From the IMG/VR virus record IMGVR_UViG_3300044632_001218: DNA of 64,000 nucleotides; one strand, 5' to 3'. How positions within the stretch are numbered: the stretch's first letter is position 1; each line of letters starts with the position of its first letter. The DNA comes from a virus. Below, piece by piece: positions 1 to 9,887 of this stretch. The position numbers and the translations under genes are program-made. The notes beneath the pieces are model-generated. The model was not told where the DNA came from and made no database searches. It saw nothing but the letters and a program-made list of their open reading frames with translations.

Positions 1-2
1 GA

Positions 3-3000
3 CCTCAAGGTGCTCAAGGTGCTACAGGAGCTACAGGAGCACAAGGAGCACAAGGTTCTATAGGACCTCAAGGATCACAAGGAACTACAGGAGCACAAGG
101 TGCTCAAGGTACTGCAGGAGCACAGGGTGCTACAGGATCTACAGGTGCTCAAGGATCTGCAGGAGCACAGGGTGCTACAGGATCTACAGGTGCTCAAGGA
201 TCTGCAGGTGCTCAAGGTGCTACAGGAGCTACAGGAGCACAAGGAGCACAAGGTTCTATAGGACCTCAAGGATCACAAGGAACTACAGGAGCACAAGGTG
301 CACAAGGAGCTGCAGGTGCACAGGGAGCTACAGGATCTACAGGAGCTCAAGGTGCTACAGGATCTACAGGAGCTCAAGGTGCTACAGGATCTACAGGTGC
401 TCAAGGATCTGCAGGAGCACAGGGTGCTACAGGATCTACAGGTGCTCAAGGATCTGCAGGAGCACAGGGTGCTACAGGATCTACAGGTGCTCAAGGATCT
501 GCAGGTGCTCAAGGTGCTGCAGGAGCACAAGGAACTGCAGGTGCTCAAGGAGCTAGAGGACCTCAAGGACCACAAGGAGCACAAGGTTCTGCAGGTGCAC
601 AAGGAGCTGCAGGTGCACAGGGAGCTACAGGATCTACAGGAGCTCAAGGTGCTACAGGATCTACAGGAGCTCAAGGTGCTACAGGATCTACAGGAGCACA
701 GGGTGCTCAAGGAACTGCAGGAGCACAAGGTGCAAGTGATGGTGGATTTACTGTTTTCAATAATACTACTCAGAACTCTAATTGGTATGTTGGCATTCTT
801 TCTGTAACATCTGGAATTGCCAAAACTGCTCATGTTTCTTCAACAAAACTTCAATTCAATCCTTCTACTGGGGCACTTGGAATTGGTACTATTATTGATA
901 TCGTTCCTTATGATACTTTAAATTCAGGAACACTTTCTTGGGAAGGTTCTGCTGGACAACTCTTCAGTATTACAAATAATCTAACTACTGGATCTATCTT
1001 CTCAGTTAATGATGTTTCTGGTATTCCAAGTATTGATGTAGATGCTGACGGAACAATTGAACTTGGACCTTATGGTGGTAATATTGGAGTTGGAACCACA
1101 GGGCCAACACAAAAATTACATGTTCAAGGTAATGTAAGAATTACTGGTGGAATTTATGATTCAAGCAATAGTGTAGGTTCTGCAAGTTCAGTATTAAGTT
1201 CTACTGGAGTAGGATTGAGGTGGGTTACGCCAAACTCAGGACCTCAAGGTGCACAGGGTGCTGCAGGAGCACAAGGTGCTACAGGATCTACAGGTGCACA
1301 GGGAGCTACAGGATCTACAGGTGCACAAGGTGCTACAGGATCTACAGGCGCACAGGGATCTACAGGATCTACAGGAGCACAAGGATCTGCAGGAGCACAA
1401 GGATCTGCAGGAGCACAGGGATCTACAGGATCTACAGGAGCACAGGGTGCTGCAGGTGCACAGGGAGCCACAGGATCTACAGGTGCTCAAGGTGCTGCAG
1501 GTGCTCAAGGTGCTACAGGATCTACAGGTGCTCAAGGTGCTGCAGGAGCACAAGGAACTGCAGGTGCTCAAGGAGCTAGAGGACCTCAAGGACCTCAAGG
1601 AGCACAGGGTGCTACAGGATCTACAGGAGCACAGGGTGCTGCAGGTGCACAAGGTGCTACAGGATCTACAGGTGCACAAGGAGCTGCAGGAGCACAAGGT
1701 GCTACAGGATCTACAGGATCTACAGGAGCACAGGGTGCTGCAGGTGCACAGGGAGCCACAGGATCTACAGGTGCTCAAGGTACTGCAGGTGCTCAAGGTG
1801 CTACAGGATCTACAGGTGCTCAAGGTGCTACAGGATCTACAGGAGCACAGGGTGCTGCAGGTGCACAGGGAGCTACAGGATCTACAGGTGCTCAAGGAAC
1901 TGCAGGTGCACAGGGTGCTGCAGGAGCACAAGGATCTGCAGGTGCACAAGGTGCTGCAGGTGCTCAAGGTGCAAGAGGTGGTTCTGATTGGACACCAAAC
2001 CTAACAAACATCACTCAGTCCACAACAGATTCTTCAACATTCACCAAAACTGGTGGAGCTGCAAGTACTTGGGATTCTCAGGTATATTCATCTCAAGGTT
2101 ATGTGAGGGGAGCATTTGCATCTGCAAGAATATCCTCAACAACTGGATTTGCAATGTTTGGTCTCAATACAGACCCAACAACAAATGCAAGTTATGCTTC
2201 AATTGATTATGCTTTCTATTTTGATAGTGGAACAGTAAACATTTATGAGAGTAATGTTCCAATAGTAGGTTCTTATGGAACTTATACCACAGGTGATACT
2301 GCTTATGTCATTTATGATGGTGCAAATGTAAGGTACTATTTAAATGGAACTCTCTTGAGAACTGTTGCAAGAGCAATTGGAAGTGCTCTTTATCTTGATA
2401 GTTCCATTTATACATCCGGCCTTGCATTCAACCAACTCTCCTTTGGTCCTATGGGCGAGATTGGACCTCAAGGTGCACAAGGAGCTACAGGATCTACAGG
2501 AGCACAGGGTGCTGCAGGAGCACAAGGAACTGCAGGTGCACAGGGAGCTACAGGATCTACAGGAGCTCAAGGTGCTACAGGATCTACAGGAGCTCAAGGT
2601 GCTACAGGATCTACAGGTGCTCAAGGTGCTACAGGATCTACAGGTGCACAAGGTGCTGCAGGATCTACAGGTGCACAAGGTGCTGCAGGTGCACAGGGAG
2701 CTACAGGATCTACAGGTGCTCAAGGTACTGCAGGTGCTCAAGGTACTGCAGGTGCACAAGGTGCTACAGGATCTACAGGTGCACAAGGAACTGCAGGTGC
2801 TCAAGGAACTGCAGGTGCACAAGGTGCTACAGGATCTACAGGTGCACAAGGAACTGCAGGTGCTCAAGGAACTGCAGGTGCACAAGGAACTGTAGGAGCA
2901 CAAGGAACTGCAGGTGCACAAGGAGCTAGAGGACCTCAAGGACCACAAGGAGCACAGGGTGCTGCAGGTGCTCAAGGAACTGCAGGAGCACAAGGAACTG

Positions 3001-3225
3001 CAGGAGCACAAGGAACTGCAGGTGCACAAGGAGCTAGAGGACCTCAAGGACCACAAGGAGCACAGGGTGCTGCAGGTGCTCAAGGAACTGCAGGTGCACA
3101 AGGAACTGCAGGTGCACAAGGAGCTAGAGGACCTCAAGGTGCACAAGGATCTGCAGGAGCACAAGGTTCTGCAGGTGCTCAAGGTGCTCAAGGAACTCCA
3201 GGTGCACAGGGAGCTGCAGGACCAT
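3..3225 (+). repeat. Three tracts of 9-nt degenerate tandem repeats (collagen triplets), approx. 3-735, 1236-1980, 2460-3225
   Basis: Repeating ggtgcacaa/ggagctaca/ggatctaca units visible directly. Confidence 0.95.
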
Positions 3226-3680
3226 CAACTTTAATTAATGCTACAAACACAACAACAAATGCTACATTTTATCCAGTATTTGTTGCAGCAGCAGGTTCAA
3301 ACCAAACTGCAAGTGTTAGAACTACAGCAACTGCATTTACATTTAATGCAAGTACAGGTGACTTAACTGTTGGTGGAACTATAACTGCAAACTCTGATGA
3401 AAGATTAAAAACTAACATTCATACTATTGAAAATGCACTTGAAAAAGTTCTTAATCTTAGAGGTGTAGAATATGATCGTATTGATACTAAGGTTCATACT
3501 ATTGGTTTGATTGCACAAGAGTTAGAAACAGTATATCCAGAACTTGTTATAGAAAGTAATGGATACAAATCAGTTGCTTATGGAAACCTTGTTGGATTAC
3601 TCATAGAAGCAATTAAAGAGCAACAAGTTCAAATTGAAAATTTAAGCAACATTATAAATAATTCCAAATTGTTAGGATAA
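3..3680 (+). CDS. Collagen-like (Gly-X-Y) tail fibre with C-terminal Peptidase_S74-type intramolecular chaperone; 5'-truncated
   Basis: The frame is open from nt 3 through 1215 (the track's start at 1215 is an internal TTG) to TAA at 3680. Three [12 protein letters not shown] tracts separated by globular segments. C-terminal [27 protein letters not shown]...GLIAQELE motif. Confidence 0.9.
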   Translation, partial: PQGAQGATGATGAQGAQGSIGPQGSQGTTGAQGAQGTAGAQGATGSTGAQGSAGAQGATGSTGAQGSAGAQGATGATGAQGAQGSIGPQGSQGTTGAQGAQGAAGAQGATGSTGAQGATGSTGAQGATGSTGAQGSAGAQGATGSTGAQGSAGAQGATGSTGAQGSAGAQGAAGAQGTAGAQGARGPQGPQGAQGSAGAQGAAGAQGATGSTGAQGATGSTGAQGATGSTGAQGAQGTAGAQGASDGGFTVFNNTTQNSNWYVGILSVTSGIAKTAHVSSTKLQFNPSTGALGIGTIIDIVPYDTLNSGTLSWEGSAGQLFSITNNLTTGSIFSVNDVSGIPSIDVDADGTIELGPYGGNIGVGTTGPTQKLHVQGNVRITGGIYDSSNSVGSASSVLSSTGVGLRWVTPNSGPQGAQGAAGAQGATGSTGAQGATGSTGAQGATGSTGAQGSTGSTGAQGSAGAQGSAGAQGSTGSTGAQGAAGAQGATGSTGAQGAAGAQGATGSTGAQGAAGAQGTAGAQGARGPQGPQGAQGATGSTGAQGAAGAQGATGSTGAQGAAGAQGATGSTGSTGAQGAAGAQGATGSTGAQGTAGAQGATGSTGAQGATGSTGAQGAAGAQGATGSTGAQGTAGAQGAAGAQGSAGAQGAAGAQGARGGSDWTPNLTNITQSTTDSSTFTKTGGAASTWDSQVYSSQGYVRGAFASARISSTTGFAMFGLNTDPTTNASYASIDYAFYFDSGTVNIYESNVPIVGSYGTYTTGDTAYVIYDGANVRYYLNGTLLRTVARAIGSALYLDSSIYTSGLAFNQLSFGPMGEIGPQGAQGATGSTGAQGAAGAQGTAGAQGATGSTGAQGATGSTGAQGATGSTGAQGATGSTGAQGAAGSTGAQGAAGAQGATGSTGAQGTAGAQGTAGAQGATGSTGAQGTAGAQGTAGAQGATGSTGAQGTAGAQGTAGAQGTVGAQGTAGAQGARGPQGPQGAQGAAGAQGTAGAQGTAGAQGTAGAQGARGPQGPQGAQGAAGAQGTAGAQGTAGAQGARGPQGAQGSAGAQGSAGAQGAQGTPGAQGAAGPSTLINATNTTTNATFYPVFVAAAGSNQTASVRTTATAFTFNASTGDLTVGGTITANSDERLKTNIHTIENALEKVLNLRGVEYDRIDTKVHTIGLIAQELETVYPELVIESNGYKSVAYGNLVGLLIEAIKEQQVQIENLSNIINNSKLLG

Positions 3681-3684
3681 AAAA

Positions 3685-3852
3685 ATGGCTGTTTTGGGTG
3701 CAAATGGTGGAAATTTTCTTGGTAGTGAACCAACTATTAGTGCAAACCAAACACTTACCACCACCTACAATTGGTTAACTGTGGGACCAACCACAATAAA
3801 TAGTGGAATCACAGTCACTATAAATACTGGTGCTCGTTGGGTTATTGTTTAA
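3685..3852 (+). CDS. Small tail-fibre-associated protein (55 aa)
   Basis: Manually translated MAVLGANGG...VTINTGARWVIV; below the ORF-track cutoff; follows the fibre directly. Confidence 0.7.
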   Translation: MAVLGANGGNFLGSEPTISANQTLTTTYNWLTVGPTTINSGITVTINTGARWVIV

Positions 3853-3862
3853 TTGAGGAATT

Positions 3863-4054
3863 ATGATTAATACAAGAATAATTTATCCAAATGATGAAGG
3901 TGGCGTTTCTGTAATAATTCCTACTATGGAATGTCTCTCACTTGAAAAATTAATTGAAAGTGTACCAGAAGGAAAACCATATCAAGTTGTTGATGTTTCG
4001 GAAATTCCTAATGATAGAACTTACAGAAATGCTTGGACTTATGAGGAGGTTTGA
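3863..4054 (+). CDS. Small fibre-assembly-associated protein
   Basis: GAGGA RBS; RIIYPNDEGGVSVIIP...IPNDRTYRNAW motif typical of genes next to phage fibres. Confidence 0.7.
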   Translation: MINTRIIYPNDEGGVSVIIPTMECLSLEKLIESVPEGKPYQVVDVSEIPNDRTYRNAWTYEEV

Positions 4055-4056
4055 AA

Positions 4057-4341
4057 ATGCCTATTGGAATTAATGTAGATAAAGCAAAAGAAATTCACAA
4101 AGATATAATTCGTGAAGTGAGAAATCCTTTACTTGAGCAAAAGGATGTAGAGTTTATGAAAGCACTTGAAGTAGGAGATTCTGCTAAAGTTGCAGAAGTT
4201 ACTACAGAAAAACAAGCACTCAGAGATGTGACTACTATTGTGAATAATGTAGAACCAACAGCAACTGATGTTCTTGGTGTAACTGCAGAACTCAAGCAAG
4301 TTTGGGATGAAAATGTTTTAGGTCCAAATCCACTGGTATAA
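4057..4341 (+). CDS. Putative tail fibre assembly chaperone-like protein
   Basis: GAGGAGG RBS; DKAKEIHKDIIREVRNPLL..DVEFMKALE..KQALRD helical motif. Confidence 0.6.
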   Translation: MPIGINVDKAKEIHKDIIREVRNPLLEQKDVEFMKALEVGDSAKVAEVTTEKQALRDVTTIVNNVEPTATDVLGVTAELKQVWDENVLGPNPLV

Positions 4342-4344
4342 ACT

Positions 4345-4728
4345 ATGAGTACTTTAAGTGTAGGTACAATTCAAAGTAACACTACTTCTCCACCAACTAT
4401 CAATAATAGTGCTGGAACTGCAATTGGAACTTTTTGCAGAGCCTGGGTGAACTTTAATGGTACTGGTACTGTTGCTATTCGTGCTTCTTTTAATGTAACT
4501 TCTATTACTGATAATAATACTGGTGATTATACTGTGAACTTTACGACTGCGATGCCTGATGCAAATTATGCAGTTGCTTGGTCTTTTGGGGGAACGGGAG
4601 GCCTGTTAACGGGCAGAACGTTGGATGATACAACTGCCAGAACTACATTATTGGTGAGGGTTGTAACAGCAAATCTTTCTGGTACTTCTACTGATGGTGC
4701 TCAAGTCAACATCACAGTTTTCCGTTAA
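4345..4728 (+). CDS. Tail-fibre-associated beta-rich protein
   Basis: RAWVNFNGTGTVAIRASFNVTSITDNNTGDYTVNFTTAMPDANY motif common in phage fibre modules. Confidence 0.7.
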   Translation: MSTLSVGTIQSNTTSPPTINNSAGTAIGTFCRAWVNFNGTGTVAIRASFNVTSITDNNTGDYTVNFTTAMPDANYAVAWSFGGTGGLLTGRTLDDTTARTTLLVRVVTANLSGTSTDGAQVNITVFR

Positions 4729-4806
4729 GAACCCCCCATAAAAGACATTATATACCTCACAAAATCTCCACATTTCCAGAAACAGTAATTTATCCACCAC
4801 CACAAA

Positions 4807-5622
4807 ATGGCAATCACAGTTTCAGGACCAACTATAATTTTTGATGATACTAGTGTTGCACAAGCAAGTCTTTATAATGAAACTTTTGGTACTGGAGTTT
4901 TTCCTGAAGGTGGCACAAGTCTCACTATTTCAGGAGGAACAGCATTTAAGTCAAGTGCTACTGGTGGTGCTGGGCATATAGCAACTGTTGTGGGAGTAAA
5001 AACAGATGCTTCTGTGATACTTGAAACACCTCAAAGTGGAAGTGTAACTGTAAATCCAATTGTATCTGGAGTTTATGTTTTTGCTATTGGAGGTGGAGGA
5101 GGTGGTGCTGGGACATCTCCTCTAGCTCGTACTGTTGGGTCAAATGGAACTCCATCATTTTTCTCAACTGTTATTGGAAATTCTGGAACTGGAGGTTCTC
5201 CAGGAGGAGGAACTGGTGGAGGAACTGGTGGAACTGCAACTGGAGGAACAACAAATACATCAGGAACTACAGCAGCATCTAGACCTGGAACTGGAAATGG
5301 TGGCAATGCTGGAGGATTTCCTGGTGTAGTATCAGGAGCAGGTGGGGCTGGTGCAGGACCTGGAAGTCCTGGAGCAACCCCATTTCCAGGGCCTGGTGTT
5401 GCTGGTGAACCTGCTGGTGGAGGAGGTGGAGGGTCATGGACTGGATTGACTGGTGGTGCTGGTGGAGGTGGAGGAGGACGTGCAATTCACACAAGACTTA
5501 CTATAACTGGAGGTTCTCCATATCCATATCAAGTTGGTGCTCCTGGTGCTGGGGGAGTTGGTCCTTCTGCTACAGGTGGTGCAGGAGGAAGGGGATATTT
5601 GAGATTTGTTTTATATGATTGA
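4807..5622 (+). CDS. Glycine-rich virion/fibre-associated protein
   Basis: AIGGGGGG ... GGGGG ... YQVGAPG..G..GYLRF glycine-rich domain. Confidence 0.75.
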   Translation: MAITVSGPTIIFDDTSVAQASLYNETFGTGVFPEGGTSLTISGGTAFKSSATGGAGHIATVVGVKTDASVILETPQSGSVTVNPIVSGVYVFAIGGGGGGAGTSPLARTVGSNGTPSFFSTVIGNSGTGGSPGGGTGGGTGGTATGGTTNTSGTTAASRPGTGNGGNAGGFPGVVSGAGGAGAGPGSPGATPFPGPGVAGEPAGGGGGGSWTGLTGGAGGGGGGRAIHTRLTITGGSPYPYQVGAPGAGGVGPSATGGAGGRGYLRFVLYD

Positions 5623-5628
5623 TTCAAA

Positions 5629-5635
5629 ATAAATA
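5629..5635 (+). promoter_or_regulatory. T4-like late promoter (ATAAATA)
   Basis: Intergenic ATAAATA upstream of the oxygenase pair. Confidence 0.5.
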
Positions 5636-5657
5636 GTTCAAATGACTTGATTTTTTT

Positions 5658-6284
5658 ATGGCATTTCAGACAGTATGGTATGATACTAATTTACCTCAAG
5701 ATATTATAAGTATTTTAGAAAAAGATTTAAAAGTTTTTGAAAATAATTTTGATGATTCTGCGGTTGGATATGGTGGACAGGGAGAAGTAAATAAGGACAT
5801 TAGAAATAGTAAAAATGTATGGATTCCTACTACACACTGGATTGGTGGGTTTCTTTGGCATTATGCTACAAGAGCAAATAGAGAAAATTTTCTTTATGAT
5901 TTAACTTGTATTGATGGTGAAAGTCTACAATATACAAGATACTCAGAAGGTGAATTTTATAATTGGCATACTGATTCAGGTATAGATGTTTGTTATAAAC
6001 CACAAAATATTACAACTTCTTGTGTTAATGACCCACAAGATTTTATTGCAACAAATGTAGAATATGTGAGAAAACTTTCTTTTACTTTACAACTTTCAAA
6101 TTTTGATGAATATACTGGAGGTGAAGTCCAGTTTCTTGATAGTTCTGGGAAACCTTATTTTATGCCAAAGCAAAAAGGGACTATTGCATTTTTTGATTCA
6201 AGAACTCCACATAGAGTAAAGAAAGTAAAATCTGGAGTAAGAAAATCTTTAGTTGGGTGGACAATTGGGCCTCGGTGGAAGTGA
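5658..6284 (+). CDS. 2OG-Fe(II) oxygenase (prolyl-hydroxylase-like)
   Basis: HTD...H...RKS facial triad and 2OG-binding motif; YTGGEVQF. Confidence 0.85.
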   Translation: MAFQTVWYDTNLPQDIISILEKDLKVFENNFDDSAVGYGGQGEVNKDIRNSKNVWIPTTHWIGGFLWHYATRANRENFLYDLTCIDGESLQYTRYSEGEFYNWHTDSGIDVCYKPQNITTSCVNDPQDFIATNVEYVRKLSFTLQLSNFDEYTGGEVQFLDSSGKPYFMPKQKGTIAFFDSRTPHRVKKVKSGVRKSLVGWTIGPRWK

Positions 6285-6934
6285 TGGAAAGAGAATATCC
6301 ACAAAAACAAACCTTACCAACCTATCAGATGACTAATCATCAGTCATTTGAAAAAAATGGATATCTTTTTGTTCCAGGTATGGTAACAAATCCAGAAATG
6401 ATTTTTTGCCCAGTTCCAAAAGAAAGAGGGCAAATTAATTATCTTGGAAAAAATAAATCTAATTATGAACCAGAAGAAAAACAAGTTCAAGGTTCATTAT
6501 CAAGATATAATTTTCCTCCATATAAAGAACTTCATTATCTTATCAAAAAAGAAGTAGAAGATACTTTAGGTATTGATTTATATTCTACTTATTATTTTGA
6601 TAGATTTTATTTTACTGGGCAAGGACTAAAAAGACATAGTGATAGACCTTCCTGTGAAGTGAGTGTTACTCTTCAAATCAGTACAAATAGAAAAGAACCT
6701 TGGCCTATTTGGTTTGAGACACCCAATAGTAATGAAAGCTTTGTAAATATGAAAAATGGTGATGCCGTGATTTATAAAGGATGTGAAAGAGAGCACTGGA
6801 GGTATCCTTTAGAATCAAAATATAATAGGATTCAAAGAGTGTTTAAAAAAGATGATACATATCATCATCAAATCTTTTTTCATTATGTGAATGCAAATGG
6901 ACCTTATCTTCCCTTTGCATTTGATAGAACTTGA
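6284..6934 (+). CDS. Second 2OG-Fe(II) oxygenase-like protein
   Basis: HSDRPSCEVSVT...GDAVIYKG..REHWR; ATG overlaps the previous stop codon. Confidence 0.8.
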   Translation: MEREYPQKQTLPTYQMTNHQSFEKNGYLFVPGMVTNPEMIFCPVPKERGQINYLGKNKSNYEPEEKQVQGSLSRYNFPPYKELHYLIKKEVEDTLGIDLYSTYYFDRFYFTGQGLKRHSDRPSCEVSVTLQISTNRKEPWPIWFETPNSNESFVNMKNGDAVIYKGCEREHWRYPLESKYNRIQRVFKKDDTYHHQIFFHYVNANGPYLPFAFDRT

Positions 6935-6940
6935 TAAATA
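6934..6940 (+). promoter_or_regulatory. T4-like late promoter (ATAAATA)
   Basis: ATAAATA between oxygenase stop and next ATG. Confidence 0.55.
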
Positions 6941-6960
6941 ACTAAAAAGATTATAAAGAT

Positions 6961-7509
6961 ATGAGTACTTTAGCTGTAAATAAAGCAACTGATGTAGTAG
7001 GGACTTCTTTTTATGAACTAATGAGACTTGAAGCAGTAAAATCTGCTACTGGCACCGCAGTTGAATTCACAAGCATCCCAAGTTGGGTAAAGAGAATTAC
7101 TTTTATGCTTAATGGTGTAAGTACAAACAGTACATCACCTATGCAAATACAACTTGGTGACTCTGGAGGATATGAGACTAGTGGTTACAATGGATCGAAT
7201 CATGTTTTTGTAGGTGGAATTGCTAGTGTAACATTGGCTTCAGCTTTTCTTTTAACCCTCAATACAAGTTACCAGGCTGCAGCTAACCTATATTCAGGTA
7301 GTTGCATCTTGACCTTGATAGATGCTAGCACAAACACTTGGTCTATGTTTGGTAGTATTAGCGGCCACACCAGCTCTATAGGATATCTAACCTCAGGGTC
7401 TAAATCTCTTTCTGCCACCCTCGACAGAATCCGCATCACCATGGCTAACGGAACTGATACATTTGATTTAGGAAGTGTCAGTGTCTTATTAGAAGGACAT
7501 AATGCATGA
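6961..7509 (+). CDS. Tail-fibre-associated protein
   Basis: FTSIPSWVKRITFMLNGVST...SKSLSATLDRIRIT..GTDTFDLG motif; N-terminus MSTL shared with 4345 gene. Confidence 0.7.
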   Translation: MSTLAVNKATDVVGTSFYELMRLEAVKSATGTAVEFTSIPSWVKRITFMLNGVSTNSTSPMQIQLGDSGGYETSGYNGSNHVFVGGIASVTLASAFLLTLNTSYQAAANLYSGSCILTLIDASTNTWSMFGSISGHTSSIGYLTSGSKSLSATLDRIRITMANGTDTFDLGSVSVLLEGHNA

Positions 7510-7584
7510 GTACTTGACAAGTATCTAAAATCTACCTATAATCACTCTGTTAGGGTTGAAGGATAGGTAATACTTAACTCCTAT

Positions 7585-7649
7585 AGGACACTTTGGGAAC
7601 TGGTCCATACAGACCTCCAGTTCCCTTTTTTTGTGCTATCCTATAAGGA
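7585..7649 (+). promoter_or_regulatory. Early promoter cassette P1
   Basis: AGGACACTTTGGGAACTGGTCC, 30 nt, TGC-TATCCT. Confidence 0.7.
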
Positions 7650-7666
7650 CAGTAAAGAAATCCCAC

Positions 7667-9805
7667 ATGTCAGTCAATCTTGAAGTTAAAGGTTCTCTTG
7701 CCAAATGTCTGGCAACTGAGAACCTTATCATTGAACACAAGAAAGTTCCTACTGCGTGCTTTGATGTTGATCGTAGGGTTCTTGTTCTTCCTTTATGGGA
7801 TAAAGCATCTGCAACTGTTTATGATCTTCTTGTAGGTCATGAAGTGGGACATGCACTCTTTACTGATAATATTGATTGGACAAAAGAGTATGCTGATGTT
7901 CCTAAGGACTTTATCAATGTAATTGAAGATGTTCGTGTAGAACGTTTGATGAAGAAAAAGTATCCTGGTCTTTCTAAGACATTTTACAATGGATATAATG
8001 AACTGAATAATGATGATTTCTTCTCAGTGAAGGATGAGAATCTTGATAATCTTACCTTTATTGATCGCATCAATATGTATTTTAAGATTGGTGCATTTCA
8101 CAATATTGCTTTCTCTGATGAAGAGAATGAGTTTGTGACTCGTATCAGTCAACTGGAAACTTTCCAAGAAGTTCTTGATATTGCTCGTGAGATTGTTCAG
8201 TTCTTGAACTACAAGAAAAAACAACTCACTGAGATGCCTGAAATTGTTCAAAATCAAGGACAAAGTGGAGAAGAAGTAGATCTTCCTGAGAATGCTGAAC
8301 AAAATACTCAAGATTCTATGGATATTGAACAAGAATCAGAGGAATCTTCTAAGTCTCAACAAGAATCACAGGGTGAAAATCCTATTACTATGGAGCAAGA
8401 AACTCCTGCTGGTGGTGGACGTGAACCCAGCAATGAGCATGGTGAGTTTGAATCCAAGACTTCACAATCCTTTGAGGAAAAGGCACAGGATTTGACCAAC
8501 AAGTATGGTCAAGAGACTAACTATGTGGAACTTCCTGAAATTATTCTTGAGAATGTGATTATTCCTAATGATTTCATTCATCAGAAAACTGAAGAATATT
8601 ATCAAAGTCATTCTGGTTGGATGAAGGATTGGTATCAGAATGTTCTGGTAGAATACAATTCTTACAAGAAATCTGCAGAGAAAGAAGTTTCTTATCTGGT
8701 TAAGGAGTTTGAATGTAAGAAATCAGCAGACCAATATGCTCGTTCTTCTACTGCACGTACTGGTGTACTTGACACATCCAAACTTCATACTTACAAATTC
8801 AATGAAGATTTGTTCAAAAAAGTGTCAGTAATTCCTGATGGTAAGAATCATGGTCTTATCTTTATTCTTGACTGGTCTGGTTCAATGTCCCATTGGATGT
8901 TGGATACTTGTAAGCAACTGTTTAATTTGATTTGGTTTTGTAAAAAGGTCAACATTCCCTTTGAAGTTTATGCTTTCACTGTGGATTGCAATGCTTATGT
9001 TGAATTGCAGCCAAATCATCCTCCTATCTACAAGAAAGTAGGAGGTGTTATTGCACCAGAACAGTCATTTAGACTGATGAACTTCTTTACCAGTAAGAGT
9101 AATTCTCGTGAATTGGATGCTCAAATGAAGCACATCTGGGCAGCATGTTGGGCATTTCAGAAAGGTAATGGTTGTGCTCCTCGTCATCTTGACTTGTCTG
9201 GTTCTCCTATTGGTGATACAATGCTTGCATTGCATTCGCTGATTCCTGACTTTCAAAAGAAAAACAAACTTCAAAAGGTGAATGTTGTTTTCCTGACTGA
9301 TGGTGAGGGTTATGTGAATGCAACTACCATCAAGAAAAAGAATAATAGTGGTGAGGAATATGTTAGCCTCACTAAAGCATTTAACACTACTGTTCGTAAC
9401 AGGACTAATGGTAGAATCTATTCTTCCTATAACTATGGAAACTTCCCACAGTATTCCAAAGTTCTTCTTTCTACTCTGAAAGATAGGTTTTCTACTGTAA
9501 ACTTCATCAACTTTAGGGTTGTTCCTGGTAGGGATTTCAAGACTTGCTATGATTGGTATGGCAAGGAATTTGGTGATTATGAGAAAGTAAAGTCAATTTA
9601 CAAGAAAGAACAATTCATCACATTCACTGGAACTGGTTATGATCAATTCCATGTAATTCCCACTACTTCACTTTCGCAAGATGAAAAGTTTGAAGTTGAG
9701 GAAGGTGCAACCAAAGCACAAATTAAATCAGCATTTGCTAAAATGTTGAATAAAAAGAAGACAAATAAGAAACTTTTGTCCTCTTTTGTTGATATGATTG
9801 CTTGA
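7667..9805 (+). CDS. CobT-like protein: N-terminal HExxH metallopeptidase-like domain, acidic linker, C-terminal vWA domain
   Basis: HEVGH; FILDWSGSM and FLTDGEG MIDAS-like motifs; ATG at 7667 preferred over TTG at 7631. Confidence 0.8.
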   Translation: MSVNLEVKGSLAKCLATENLIIEHKKVPTACFDVDRRVLVLPLWDKASATVYDLLVGHEVGHALFTDNIDWTKEYADVPKDFINVIEDVRVERLMKKKYPGLSKTFYNGYNELNNDDFFSVKDENLDNLTFIDRINMYFKIGAFHNIAFSDEENEFVTRISQLETFQEVLDIAREIVQFLNYKKKQLTEMPEIVQNQGQSGEEVDLPENAEQNTQDSMDIEQESEESSKSQQESQGENPITMEQETPAGGGREPSNEHGEFESKTSQSFEEKAQDLTNKYGQETNYVELPEIILENVIIPNDFIHQKTEEYYQSHSGWMKDWYQNVLVEYNSYKKSAEKEVSYLVKEFECKKSADQYARSSTARTGVLDTSKLHTYKFNEDLFKKVSVIPDGKNHGLIFILDWSGSMSHWMLDTCKQLFNLIWFCKKVNIPFEVYAFTVDCNAYVELQPNHPPIYKKVGGVIAPEQSFRLMNFFTSKSNSRELDAQMKHIWAACWAFQKGNGCAPRHLDLSGSPIGDTMLALHSLIPDFQKKNKLQKVNVVFLTDGEGYVNATTIKKKNNSGEEYVSLTKAFNTTVRNRTNGRIYSSYNYGNFPQYSKVLLSTLKDRFSTVNFINFRVVPGRDFKTCYDWYGKEFGDYEKVKSIYKKEQFITFTGTGYDQFHVIPTTSLSQDEKFEVEEGATKAQIKSAFAKMLNKKKTNKKLLSSFVDMIA

Positions 9806-9806
9806 T

Positions 9807-9875
9807 GTGCCAGTTTGGGAACTGTCTACTAAGTGGTTCCCAAACCTCAAATCCATGCTATCATTACAAAGTAAT
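9807..9875 (+). promoter_or_regulatory. Early promoter cassette P2
   Basis: GTGCCAGTTTGGGAACTGTCTA, 30 nt, TGC-TATCAT, ATTAC-AAA-GTAAT. Confidence 0.8.
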
Positions 9876-9887
9876 CAACCCAAGACC

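Noticed and set aside
75-3234. Cys/Ser-rich minus-strand ORFs and LQVH/LQDL-rich alternative-frame ORFs
   Set aside because: Shadows of the 9-nt collagen repeat, which lacks stop codons in other frames; no RBS or independent signal
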